From assembly GCA_951406725.2 (NCBI GenBank), contig OX597822.1:78678001-78742000 (forward strand): a stretch of 64,000 nt of DNA. The letters are read 5' to 3'. The position numbers and the translations under genes are program-made. The stretch's first letter is position 1. The number at the start of each line of letters is the position of its first letter. Shown piece by piece: positions 63,740-64,000 of this stretch. Under the pieces are notes generated by a model that made no database searches, was not told the origin of the DNA, and saw only the letters and a program-made list of their open reading frames with translations. This stretch comes from Octopus vulgaris (Eukaryota).

Positions 63740-64000
63740 CATATAGAGTCTAGAGGGATTCTGCAACATTAAGGCCTTCGTTATTTCCGTCACCAGTGTA
63801 ATGGTGTCGTCTGACAAGCTAAAGTATCTATTTCCACAACTCGTATTATTATACAATAAAATTAATACCGTATTTGATGACATAAAAGATGCACAGGCAT
63901 TAGATACACCCCCTATTTCAGCAGCGCATGTTCGAGAAAACAAAGTTTTTAGTGCATTAAAGCATGTAATATTTAAACTCCGTGTATAGGATTCGGGATG
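63740..64000 (-). CDS. Candidate exon of a minus-strand gene entering from the right edge (HPESYTRSLNITCFNALK...QNPSRLYM)
   Basis: Open for 87 codons to the window edge, non-repetitive; ATG|GTATTT donor, 71-nt intron with strong T-tract and ccag acceptor at 63669. Confidence 0.4.

Overview
Repeat-dense, AT-rich animal genomic DNA. The tRNA-headed SINE families, the (CAT)n-tailed RTE LINE and the heavy microsatellite load resemble a coleoid cephalopod (octopus-like) genome; that assignment is inference. The left half (1-29.7 kb) appears to be the 3' part of a + strand host gene. It starts with a large exon encoding about 43 copies of the decapeptide (S/G)SYSGTDVDQ in frame +3, which the ORF track missed. 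It continues with a clean internal exon (6.75 kb), a candidate frame-switching cassette exon (14.6 kb), a candidate 9-nt microexon (20.26 kb) and a terminal exon (29.43 kb). The last intron holds an antisense, essentially full-length RTE-clade LINE (endonuclease, RT and an internal PHD-type finger). Its 5' end is fused to a near-identical tandem array of ~613-bp monomers, reminiscent of rodent L1 promoter arrays. The right half is a nest of transposons: CR1-like, RTE, HERO-like and R4/Dong-like fragments anchored in (TAA)n, a hAT fragment, MITEs and foldbacks, and a decayed Gypsy integrase with its LTR. It also holds a young 3.2-kb non-autonomous LTR element with TSD, tRNA-Leu PBS and an open 411-aa mosaic ORF. 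A possible minus-strand gene enters at the right edge. All coordinates were read by eye and no database searches were run.
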